Source: the human T2T-CHM13v2.0 reference genome, Homo sapiens | NCBI RefSeq assembly: GCF_009914755.1 | Contig: NC_060942.1 | Strand: one strand, 5' to 3' | Length of the DNA: 64,000 nucleotides | Shown: positions 1-13,080 of the stretch, in pieces | Position numbering within the stretch: position 1 is the first letter of the stretch | How the letters are laid out: every line of letters begins with the position of its first letter | The notes under the pieces: generated by a model | Databases searched by the model: none | What the model saw: only the letters and a program-made list of their open reading frames with translations | What the model was told of the DNA's origin: nothing | Program-made: the position numbers and the translations under genes

Positions 1-375
1 GGGCAACATGCTATTTCCCTTGTGGCTTGTAGAGATGGTGGTGGGAGGTGGGGCGGTGGTGGGAGGCAGAACAGCAATGACCCAAGTCTGTGGGGGGCTC
101 TCCAGGGGCCCTTGGGACTTCCCTGGCTGGAACAGTTATCTTGGCAGTGGAGCAGGGAATCTCTATGCCCTGATACTCAGGTTTGGGGCAAAGCTCAGGA
201 AGTTCTATTTCATGGTGTAAGAAATAAGCCCACCAGGGTGGGTGTGACAGGCTGAGACTTTAAGTGTTCAAAGGTGAGGCACCTCCACCAAAGCACAGTG
301 CTGCATCATGGGCAGGGGTGCCCAGAAGCTGCCCTCCCCTGCAGGCAGCATCAAGATCAGCCCCAGCCTCTGTCA

Positions 376-948
<573 letters not shown>

Positions 949-2589
949 TCAGCAAACAAGGAGAAGGGAGAAGAAGTGGGGGAAGAAAAGGTTATTTTAC
1001 CAGGGAAAAAGCATGAAGGCAATCAAAAAAGGAACTTCCAAGGTAGGATTAAGTCTCACAATCATTGCATGCTCAAGTGCTTGCCTGGCATCTCCCTAAC
1101 AAAACACTAATGTAAACTTACAGAAATAGAGGAAAACAAAGAACAGCAACACTGACATTCAAAGAGCTCAAGGAGCTTTCGTGAGCATGTGCAGAGCTGG
1201 AAGCTGCCTGGTAGCAGGTGGCTTTATGGCTGGGTGGATCCTATACCTTATTTTTAAGTTGCAGAAACAAAGAAGCTGGCTCTCTGGGTTTGCAGCCTTC
1301 ACTTTTTAGGTTTCTTTGCTCTTTCATACAGAGCCCTCCTGCCTGTGGACTTGCCAGCACAAAGAGCTGCAATCTAATCGCTGGCTTTGAGACAAAGGAC
1401 CCCTTCAGCATCCTCTCTTCCAAGGAGGCCCTCCATGGGGTCTTGGAATCTCTCTCACCCCTGTCAGCCATGGCTTGCCCCATAAGACTCTAAGACTCAG
1501 GGAACTGATGCCCTGACCCACCCTGCCCAAACCATGCTCCTGCAGATGGGATACTCAATCCCAGCCCACTCAGGCAACACACAGGTGTGAAACAGCCCCC
1601 ATGGGCCCAGAGCCCTAAGAAGCTATTGCTGGTATCAAGTGCTACTGCAAATTATGGGAAGAAATCAGCACCGCAAGAGTTGAGGGCATTAGCTAAGAGT
1701 GGTCAGTGAGGAAAGTGGAGAGGAAGAAATAGGGCTCTCCAAATCATCAAGCAGGCAACAATGGTCATTGATTATTCTTCATTGCTCTGGTCTGTAGGAG
1801 CGCCAGGCAGAACAGAGCTAGCGGCCAAATCACCGATAAGCTGGAGCATCAGGAATCAATGACTAATTCACATAAGAAATTAAACTTCACAGAAAACAGT
1901 GAAGAGCAGCAAAAGAAAAGCCCTTGGACCCTGTAAAATGCCACAGATGCTGTGGGGCCTTGTGGTTGTGACCAGTACGGCAATGCACAAGCCACCAGTC
2001 CATTTCCTGCACCAACACAACAGAATGAGACATGCTACCCGCTCCCCAGCACTCTGTGGGAACCTCCCAGTTACAACCTGACACACCTTCAAGCCTGGTC
2101 TGCCTGCAGCCTTGATCTAAGGCATCACAAAGAAGAAATCCAATCAAGCAGATTCTATTTGAACACCGAATGCACGTCTGTATTATCCACTCCAGTCTGG
2201 GTCTCCACTGGAGGCTGAGGGTCTCTGCACAGAGGAGTAGGGCACAGGGAGGGAACACATGCTGGAGTAGCCACCCTCTGACTTCATCTCTGCTCTGGGC
2301 TGGACATGAGGTTTGGCCCAGCTGCTCTCTCTAGATGGCACAGCCTGGGTCAAATCACTAGGAGTGGAAGGATAACTAGGCAGGAGGTCTCTAGGTAGAG
2401 CTTGTTGGAGTATGAAGAGAGGCACGCATGGTAACAGGAGGCACATCCTATCCTGCTATTGACAAAGATGGCACCTCAGGACTCTAATGCGAAGTATGAT
2501 GTATCCAGGAGGCCCAGCTGCATTGATCTTGACACCGCCTGAGACCTGGCTCAGGGATGTCAGGGAGTTGAGTGGCTGGAGCTGGACAG

Positions 2590-2775
2590 ACATGTGCTCA
2601 GATCCCAGCTCTATCCTTGATCAGCTGTGTACATCCAACCTAATCAACCAACCTTTCTGTGCCCCAGTGTCCTCATGTGTAAAACAGGAATATAATAGTA
2701 ACTCCTGCCTCAGAGGGTGGTTATCAAGATTAGGGAGATAAAGTACTTTGCTAGGGGCTCAGTAAACATCAGCTA
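2590..2775 (+). mobile_element. MIR SINE
   Basis: Contains gatcccagctct...tctgtgccccagtgtcctcatgtgtaaaac...ctcagtaaacatcagctat, a MIR core and tail. Confidence 0.7.
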
Positions 2776-3210
2776 TCTTCCTTGTTCAAGTTCTCTATGG
2801 AGAACCCTGGAGAGTTGCCCGAGTCTCTGGCTGTCTGGGGTGTGGGTGGGGAGCTCCTATGTCTTTTCATGGGCATCCAGATATTGTCACTGGGGGCTTG
2901 TGGAGGCGGTGCATTTTCTGTTCTGGACATCTGACTTCAGAAGGACAGGCCCCAGAAGGCTCGTCCTTGCACCTGCAGGTGTCACAGCCATGCAGCCAAG
3001 CCTGGCAGAGGGCAGGGCATGGGGTGCCCACACCCTCGGAGACCCCAGAAACCCTCCCTGCCATGTTACTGCCCTGAAGACCTTCCAGTGGAACAAGATA
3101 TGGAGGTGGAAGGCAGTGATACTGACGATCCTGACCTTGTGTGTGTCTAGGCTAATGAATGTATCCGTGTCTTAGTTTTTAACAAAAAAAAGTAAAAAAA
3201 AATTTTTAAA

Positions 3211-3324
3211 CTTAATTTTTAATTTTCCTGGGTACATAGTAGGTGTGTATATGTATGGGGTATATAAAATGTTTTGATAGATATGCAATGTGAAATAAGC
3301 ACATCATGAAGAATGGGATACCCC
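3211..3324 (-). mobile_element. Short L1MA-type 3' end inserted in Tigger3
   Basis: tttttaattttcctgggtacatagtaggtgtgtatatg...catcatgaagaatggg is an antisense L1MA 3' end. Flanked by near-identical A/T repeats at 3195-3210 and 3325-3340. Confidence 0.7.
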
Positions 3325-3547
3325 AAAAATAAATTTTAAAAATAGAAAAAAGCTTACAGAATAAGGATATCAAGAAATAAAAAATTTTTGTAGAGTTGTA
3401 CATGTTTGTGTTTTAAGCTAAGCCTTATTACAAAGAAGCCACAAGTTAAAAGTATTATTTATAAAGTAAAAATATTACAGTACTCCAAGGTTAATTATTG
3501 AAGAAAAGCAATTTTCTAGTAAGCTTAGTGTAGCCTAAGTGTACGGC

Positions 3548-3625
3548 TTATAAAGTCTACAGGAGTGGACAGTTTATAAAGTCGATAGGAGTGGACAGTT
3601 TATAAAGTCTACAGGAGTGGAAAGT
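3548..3625 (+). repeat. 26-bp unit x3 tandem repeat
   Basis: ttataaagtctacaggagtggacagt / ttataaagtcgataggagtggacagt / ttataaagtctacaggagtggaaagt. Confidence 0.95.
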
Positions 3626-5339
3626 AATGTCCTGGACCTTCACATTCACTCACCCTACACATCTTCCAGGCCTGCAAGCCCCATTCATGGTAAGTGCCCT
3701 ATACGGGTGTGCCATCTTTTACACCATATTTTTATTATCCCTTCTCTATGTTTAGATACGTTTAGATACACAAATATCATTGTGTTACACCTGCCTATGA
3801 TATTCAGTACAGTAACATGCTGTACAGGTTTGTAGCCTAGGAACAATAGGCTATGCCACACAGCCTAGGTGTGTAGCAGGCTACACCATCTAGGTTTGTG
3901 TAAGCGAAATCTATGATGTTCACACAACTACAAACTCACCTAACGATGCATTTCTCATAAGGTACCCCTGTCATTAACAGATGCATGACTGTATATGACA
4001 TATATGCATGATTACATATAACGAATTTAACATATTTACAAAGTGACTACTAAGTATATGGAATCAAATTGATTTAAAAGGCTACTGACTCCATATATTT
4101 GTGTCATATTTCTCATATAAAATATATTTAAGGATAACCTTATATTCATAAGTGTCTAAGGAACTTTACTCTCATTATAAATAAATTGTAAGTTAAACTG
4201 GCCAACTCTAAATGTGTGCTTGACTAAAGTTAGGCTGGCAGAGAGCCGAGTTCACGGACTACATCGTTTTACTGAATGACGTCATACCACAGCCTATCCC
4301 AGGGACACTGCAAGAAATGGTCTCAAGAACCAGCATTGTATATATCACCGTAGGATATGGTGAAGGATGTGGCTTGTCACGTCACAGATTATGAAAGCCC
4401 ACAGGAAAAACAAGTCAGCACCACGGACAGCTCCAAATCCTCTTGAACTGCATGGTTCTTTTCTATTAAGAACTCTCAAGCCACTCAGTTTTCTTCCTGT
4501 TACTGCTTGCATAGAAACTTGGTGCCAAATTTGCATCTTTTCTTTCCAGGTGGGTGTACAAGGCCTTAGGATATGAATGTTGGGTGCTAGCCTTACCCTG
4601 GTTTTATCTTTGTTTCCTCCCTTACTGACTTCTTGGCAGTGAGGATACATTTTTAGAAAAAAGCTCCCCAGGGGATTCTAGAGCACAGTCTGGGGATAGG
4701 AACCCTACTCTAGCCAGATCATGGTTATCAGTGAATTTTTGAGCTAGATGTTACCTTAGAGATCTCAGGCGAATCCCCTTGGAAGAACTAAAGCCCCAAT
4801 CATTTCCAAGCTATCAGCTCTGGTTGTGAATACAACTGAGACAGAACCCAGGCCTCTGTCCAGTGGGCACTCTGTCTACTCCCTATGCTGTTCTCACAAA
4901 TACCTTGGGACACCTTCACCTGTGGTGTCCTTGGTGTTCGCAGATCCTCCCCTTCTGGCTTAGAAACCTTGTGTGACCAGAGGACCACTGCCTAAGTTGT
5001 CTCCAGGAATTATAGGAAAAAAAAAATTCACTTGCAAACAGCTGGCCCCATCTGCTAAGAGATTGCAATGAAACAAGCCCCTATATAGAGCTCTAATGGA
5101 GATTATGTCAATGCTTCCTCTTGTAACAGAGTGTCAAGCATGTTATTTGACACTGGGTCACACTCCCCACTTTAAATGCCAGCCGGTCCCAAGCAAGGAC
5201 AATGCTATCTGTATGAGCATGAACCCAAACTAAGGCTAAGAGTCTCCCTTGGACTGAGGAGTTCTCCTGACATGTTCCAAGAGTCTCCCAATAGCTAAAT
5301 ATCTTATAGCTTGGTCAGAGGTGGCAGAACATACCCTGA

Positions 5340-5530
5340 AACCAGCCTGACAGGTTTCAATCCCAGCCATGCTACTTACTAGCTGTGTGACCTCAGTCAA
5401 GCTACTTAACCTCTGTGTGCCTCAGTTTCTTCATCCTTAAAATGGGAATAATATTAATGTTTATCTCCTAGGGTTCTGGTGGGGATTAAATGAGTTAATA
5501 CGTGAGAAGAGCACAGCGTGCCTAGTCAGG
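5340..5530 (+). mobile_element. MIR SINE
   Basis: aatcccagccatgctacttactagctgtgtgacctcagtcaagctacttaacctctgtgtgcctcagtttcttcatcc. Confidence 0.8.
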
Positions 5531-7797
5531 TAGTGCAGGCAAGGGCACAAGAAAGCAAGAGCTTATCCACTCCTCCCGTCTTTTCTGATCACCCTCTACA
5601 CACAGGGCATCCTGCCCAGGGTAGCTAACACCTGCCACCACTCACAGATGTTTGCCAAGCAGGAAGCTTAAGGCAAAAAGCTTTTTTTATTTTTTTTTTT
5701 AAATAGGCCATTTAAATCTGCTTTTCTTTGATTTTTCAAGCACGTGGATTGTAAAATGCTAGATTTATTTTTATCCTCTCAAGTTAACTTTAGAAATCAG
5801 CAATGCCAATGCAGAGCCCCAAGGCTGGAAAGCAAGGCCTGGGGGAGCCAGCATGTACACAGGGCTCCCAGCAGGGTGCAGCGGTCAATGCCTACTCATC
5901 CCTGAGACTGCACTCTGGCTGGAAGGTTAACTCACAACATTTGACTAAGCAAGTCTTTTCTTCCTGTCAACAGCCACAATAGCCACTGCCACCTTGGCAT
6001 GCTTTGTGCTTGTGTTTTTCAAAGGGCCAGTGCCAGACAGCAGACCTTTTCCTTTGCACTCTTTTCCCTCTGAGTGGATGTGCCCTCCTCCCTGACCTGG
6101 TGTATCACAGCAGGCTGACCAGGGGCAGGCACAAGCCCTGTGCCCACCCTGTGCCTGGGCTCTCTGCTTTGCTTCCCCAGTAAGGAGCCAAGCCAAACAA
6201 GGCACCCTGTAGAACTAACACAGAGAAACACCCAGTGACAGTCTCTTCTCAGAAAGCCTTGTCTTTTGCAAGAGCACGGAAACAGAGGCATTCTATTGCT
6301 ATCTCTGCACCACTTTTGGGCTCCTGTTCAGGGCAGCTGGCTTAGGTGTAAAATGCTTTTTTCCTGCCCTACTGGGTCATGAGAAGCTTTAAAAATGCCC
6401 AGTATAGAATAGATACATTAAATCCCAATGACTTACAAAGCCATACCCACTCTAAAATTCTGTTTCTCCATGCCACACACACTCTTCATGTCCTTTCCTT
6501 CCCTAGGAGGCACCCTCTGGGGCACCTCAGAAGCCTGGTTCTGTGGCCACCTCTACACCCTGCATGGACAAAGTAACAGTGGGCCTCCATTCAACTCTGG
6601 GAGCCAAACGCAGCAGTAGGCATGCACGGGAAAGGACTGAAACCCTTCAGTAATGTTTGGGGTTAAAAAACCCGCAATGCCCCCATTATGGCTGTGGGAT
6701 CAGAGCTCGGGTAGGATCCTGGTCCCAGCACTTTCTATTTATGTGACTTTGGCAAGGGACTTGATGTCCCTGGCCCACCATTTCCTCATATACAAAATGA
6801 TCTCACAAAATTGTATGAAGATCAAATAAGAGTGAACACAAAACACATATCGCAGAGCTTGGCACATGGCAGGTGCTTGGAAAATCCTTAGGATCAATGC
6901 TGTTCAGCCTGTTGGCATGCGATTTCCTCCCTTATGATACAGCATGCGACATACGTCACAGCCATCCTCTGTCCAGCAAGGCCAGCAAAGCACCTGAAAC
7001 AGCCAGGCATCCAATAAAGGTCTTCTGAAGGGAAGGAGGACTGGCCATGTGGGCCACCAAAAAGTGGGGGTCCAGGTTTGTGCATGCATACATGTGAGCC
7101 TCGTCTATTCCATTAGACAAAGCTGAGTGTTCTGTGCTTGTCTCGAATCTCTTGTACTACGTTGTACGGTACCCAACCCCCTACAGGGATATTTAATCAA
7201 TGGCTTGTTACCCCTTTGATTGGCTGACATGGGAAGGTGGCCAGGGTAGAAAGAGGACAAAGCTTAAAAATAAGAGTGCTAACCATTTTTCAAGTTTCTC
7301 CTACTGCATACCAGGCCCTGCATATGCATTAGACCATTTATTCTTCTTTCAGCCCTGTCAGCCCCATTTTATGGATAAGAAAAGAGGTTCAGAGTAGTCA
7401 CATCAGCCACTCAACTTTTAAGCAGAAGAACTGAATTCTGATTTCCAAAGCAAACACTCTTTCCAAAAGAGGCAGACAGACAGATAGGCAGACAGAGAGG
7501 CAGAAGGGCAAAGTGATGCAGAGCATGGGCTCTGGAGCCAGACAGCTGGGGTTCAAACCTCGGCCCTGCCACTGCCACCTGTGTGACTTTAGGATGCCAT
7601 GTGCCCTTCCAGTGTCTTCAATTGTACAAAAAGGGGGATGGTAATACTTGCCGTAGGAGGGCCGCTATATTAGACAAGCTACTCCAGTCAAAGCGCCAGC
7701 CCCATACCCCACACAGCAAGCCCTCCATGCACACCAGCTGCTGCTGCATTACCCTATGTCACCCCTGCAAGGGCAAAACACCAGCACCTTGGGCTAG

Positions 7798-8217
7798 TGT
7801 GTCAGTTTCCTATTGCTGCTGCAACAAGTTACCACCAAGTTATGACTCAAGATAGCATAAATCATTATCTTACAGCTCTGGAGGTCAGGAGTCTGAAGGG
7901 GTTGGCACGGCTGCATTCTTTCTGGACGCTCTAGGGGAGAGTCCATGTCTTCGTCTTCTCTGGCTTCTCAAGGCTGCCTGCATCCCTCCCACCTCTGATT
8001 CTGTCATCACTTCTTCTCTGAACTTGATCCTCCAGCCTCCCTCTTAGGAGGACCCCTGTGATTATATCAAGCTCACCTGGCTCACCCAGGATACTCTTCC
8101 CATCCTACAGTTCTTAATTTAATTGCATCTGCAAAGTCCCTTTTGCCATATAAGGTAACACACTCACAGATCCCAGGGCTGAGGGTATCTTTAGGGGTCA
8201 CTGATCTGCCTGCCACA
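7798..8217 (-). mobile_element. MLT1 (MLT1C/D-like) MaLR solo LTR
   Basis: Minus strand begins TGTGGCAGGCAG...GGCAAAAGGGACTTTGCAGATG and ends GCAATAGGAAACTGACACA. 5-bp TSD gctag/gttag. Confidence 0.85.
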
Positions 8218-8221
8218 GTTA

Positions 8222-8713
<492 letters not shown>

Positions 8714-9863
8714 TTACACAGACAATGTGCCCCCTAAGATCTAAGGCTTTGGTGGTTGTTTTATAACACATTTCAGCGAGGTTCTGCGCCTACATATCCA
8801 CAGGGAATCAGCTGTCAAACTCTTTTCAGCTTTGTTTTACTTTTTGTTTTATGGGTTAGGAAACCACAGTCTGAAAACCTCAAGGTTGTAGGGGCCTAAT
8901 GATCATCCACTTGCTCTCTACCCATTTACCAGGTGGAGGTCCCCTCCTGGTGGCACTGAGCTGGAAGTGAGATACTTCAGTGAGTGTCCACAGCAGGCTA
9001 ATGGCTTATAATTACAAACTTGGTGTGTAATTCACTGTTTTTTTTTTTCTACCAAGTTAAAAAACCACTCAGGATATGAAAGCATCATCAGTGTGCTCGC
9101 CCTAATACCTGGTAAAATAAATGTTTGTGGAATAAATGAGTAAACAAGCAAACAGGCTGAGCAATGAACAGTGCCACAGCCATGAGTGACAGAGCTGGGA
9201 GCCACATCAGTGCTCACTCTTTGCACATGCTGCCCCTGCTGAGAAACTCCCAAACATCACCTGCCCCTTCCATGGGAGCAGCACACCAACGCCACCCATC
9301 ACCCAAGAACACTCACAGAACCTTCTCCCAATGGCCTGGGTTTCTCTACATACTACACCAGGGTGTGCTCCACCCTGACCACATTTTTATTATTATCAAT
9401 TTCGTGCTTTACTTTTATTATTTAGAAAATCACACCTTCTGTGATCATAGAAGAGACAGATGTTCATTTAATGAAAAAGAAAACCATTTTAGACATTTCC
9501 TTCCAATTCGTGTTTCAAGTCAGCTCTGTGCTTCAGATGTGTTGGTGTTACCTGGTTGAACAGATGTGTCCTGATGTGGGGCTCCTGAACCCAAGGGTTT
9601 TGGCTTCACTGGAACAACACAAAGAGCAAGAACCTGGCAGGGAAGAGGTCGGGGCCTCCCTCCTGACCTCACCATGTTGGGCTTCAAGCTCCTGATCCGT
9701 TAAGTGGAGGAGTTAGACCTGATGATGCCCAATACCACCGCCTGCCCTCAAGTGTGAATGAGCCCTAGGTGGGTCACCTGGCCCTGCTGTTGGCTGGCCT
9801 GGGCCCTCAGGCAGGTGACCTGGCTTCTCTGAGCAACTCAGGTATCAGAAGGGGTGTGAAAAC

Positions 9864-10257
9864 TGCCATGATTGGATGCTGGGCCCCTTCAAAACTCATG
9901 TTGAAATCTGATCCCCTATGTTGGAGATGGAGTCTAACAGGAGATGTTTGAGTCATAGAGGCAGATCCCTCATGAACAAATAAATGCCCTTCTTCAAGGG
10001 TGATTTCTCACTGTTAGTTCTCATTAGAGCTGCTTGTTAAAAGAGCCACTCTTGTGCTTCCTCTCTCACCATGCGACCTCTGCACACACCGGCTTCCACC
10101 TCCCACCATGAGTGGAAGCAGCCTGAGGCCCTCTCCAGAAGCAGATGTTCAATTGTGAACTTTCTGGCCACCAGAATTGTGAGCCAAATAAACCTCTTTT
10201 CTTCATAAATCACCCAGCCTCAGATATTGTTATAGCAACATTTAATGGACTAAGACA
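9864..10257 (+). mobile_element. MST-family MaLR solo LTR
   Basis: aaaactcatgttgaaat...aaataaacctcttttcttcataaatcacccagcctcag...ggactaagaca. Confidence 0.85.
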
Positions 10258-10437
10258 ACAGTATGCACACCCTTCCTACCTTGTGGGACTTCAGAAAGGA
10301 TTTGGTGAGAGCAGAGATGTGAAAGCATTTAGAAAAAAGTTGGGAGTGCTTGACAGAGGTTCACGTTGGCAGTAATTCATCTGTTGCCACTTTAGTTCTG
10401 AATCTGCAGCCCTGAGGCCCTCAGAGTGGCTACTCAC

Positions 10438-10594
10438 CTGGCGGTAGGTTCTCCGCACAAACATGGCCCGGGTGAAGGCCTGGATAACAACGGCAGCTCT
10501 GCGGACCCTCTGGTAGGCCTGGCGGGCCCTCTGCATGCGGTAATGTTTCTGGAGCACCACAGCCGCTCTGATCCTCCGCAGGTGCTCAGCCAGC
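10438..10594 (-). CDS. MYO5B: MYO5B exon (~20), 157 nt, IQ3-IQ4
   Basis: Acceptor ...ctccccag|G, donor CAG|gtgagt. Translates (R)[27 protein letters not shown]...FVRRTYRQ. Confidence 0.97.
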
Positions 10595-12183
10595 CTGGGG
10601 AGCAAGAGGAAACAGGCAGTGTCAGGGAGAGAGTATTGACCGCCCTGATGCAGAGAACCCTGAGACATCTGCAAATGCAAACCTCTCCCTCTGTGGCCCT
10701 ACCTGGACACACCCAGGGGAAACCAACTCTCTTCACCCCTAACAAATGTAGCAATGCCTTAGGCATTTGACGTTGTGGCTAGAAAAGCAGTGTTAGTTCT
10801 TTCCTTATGGTCTCGAAAGGCTTCCCACAAGCTTCAAACTCAGTCAGAGTCTGACTTCCTCTATGATCCTTATCTGAGCACTCTTCTACCTCACTGTGCC
10901 TGGGCAGTCCTCAACTACTTCACCAGTAGCATTCTACATCATGTGTTCACATTGCTGCCTGTCCTCTGTACCTCCCCAGGCTTGGAGATCCCAGGGGCTG
11001 TGTCTCCATCATCCTGGACCCACTGTAGGCACTGGGTAAGTGTTTGCTGAATGACTAAACCTTCTCAGGCCCAGACCAATCTCTGTTTCCTTTATCTCCT
11101 CAACCCTTTCTGCTCGGGATGCATGGAATGTGGCCATTTCCTCTCCTCTCTTGCCTTTCTGCCTTCCCATCTCACCTCCCAGATAAAGCCAGTCTAACAC
11201 TTCCTCCCCTTCTGAAGGGTCTTGTTTGCTGCCAGGCCTATAACAAGTGCTCAATTAGAGACTCAGTGTGAAATGCTAAAAAAGACCTTGGAAATCATTC
11301 AGCAAAGCCTCAAAGGAGAAAGTGACCCACTCAGCCCATGTGTCACCTGTTTGCTGAAATGCATCTGATTCCCTAGTCTAGCTCTCTGTTTGGCCTCCAA
11401 ACACAAGACTTTGTGGCAATTATTGTCACTTCTCTAAGGAAATTCCTTTCTGGAGAGGGCACTGGACTTGAACCAGGCCTGGGCTCAAAACCTAACAACC
11501 GAGGGTAGGGTCAGAGGGCAGGCTGTCTTCAGCCTGTCTTGGCTGACACACTCCTGCTGCTGTAGTGCCTCATCAGCCCAGTGTCCGTGAGGAAGGAACC
11601 CTGCAGTAGTTTCTTCTGCTCGGGGTCGAGCTGGGGGCAGGCAGGGGAGGCTGATTGGCATCCTGACTCAACCCCTAGGTCAACACTCCTGCTTAGACAA
11701 GCCACTCTCTCTCCATCCTGGCTTGTGCAGTAACTCGCAAAAGGGGCCTCCCAGGACCTTTGCAGCCCTAATCACCTGACTCCGAGGCATTATGAAATCT
11801 GTGGAATAAGTAATGAGGCCAAGCACAGGTTAACTGTGCCAGGCTGTATTGGTCTCTTTTCCTAAAAGGAGTTAGTTTTTTACTTTGGGGTTCAGGCAAA
11901 GGGGAAATGGTTGGTTTGTGGCAAAACCAGCTGGTTCTAATGCTGGTAGGATGGAGGGAGCCTGGGGAAACCAGGAGATGTGGAAACTAGACCTACCCCC
12001 TGAGGTGAGAAGGCATTGATTATAGGGATAGGCCCAGCTGCCGAGGAAAAGCCAAGATGCAGACATGGCCCCAACAGGAACCACTCTCAGCACAGAGGAA
12101 GAGAGAAGCCAAGTAGCTGAGAAAGGCAGACCCCCATCTTCCCCACCATGATCTGCTGCCCTGAGCTGCCACAGTCTGGCTCA

Positions 12184-12426
<243 letters not shown>

Positions 12427-12529
12427 TCACCAGTGAGCAGAGAAATAACATGGCCCATACCACCCTTGTTCTTCCCATGCAGAATCCCCTGGCCAGACTT
12501 CATGCACCCCTCTCTGTAGATGGACACAA

Positions 12530-13080
12530 AGTCTCAGCATTTGCTTAACAGACCCCAAGACCCTACTACGGGCCAGACTCTAGAACATGGCAGTGAACAA
12601 GACGCCTGCCCTCAAGGAACTGACATCATGGTGAGGGCAGACAGACAAGCAAATAAAGATGCTTTCCGTTTTCAGAGAATGGTGAGGATTATGAAGAAAA
12701 CAAACTGGTGGCTGGTGAGCGTGGGATGGGGATGTTCAAAAAGGATGCTCAAGGAAGGCAGCTCTGTGGAGGTGACAGCTGAGCAAAGACCTAAATGAGC
12801 TGAAGGAGGCAACCACAGAAAAGAAGGAAGGAGGAAAGTTCCAGGAGAAGGGCAGAGTGGATGCCTATGTCCAGTGGTGCAACTGCTGGGTATATCTGAG
12901 GATCAGGAGAGCCAGGATGGCTAGCTGGGGGAACTGAAGGTGATTGGTGGGAGGAGCCAATCACCAAAGGCCTCGTAGGTTGCAGCATAAAATTGGGGTG
13001 AGAGCCACAGGCAAGCTTTGAGCAAGGAAATGACCTGATCTGATCAACATTTTAAAAAGATTATCCTCAAATGGCCACAC
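12530..13080 (-). mobile_element. L2 LINE fragment
   Basis: gcagtgaacaagacgcctgccctcaaggaactgacatc...gagcaaagacctaaatga...ttttaaaaagattatcct, typical antisense L2. Confidence 0.65.

Larger units (their letters stand above)
3062..3991. mobile_element. Tigger3-family (Golem) DNA transposon, interrupted
   Basis: Internal motifs gaagaccttccagtgg...gatcctgacc and tgtacaggtttgtagcctagg. Ends in the TIR ...gatgcatgactg followed by TA. Confidence 0.8.
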
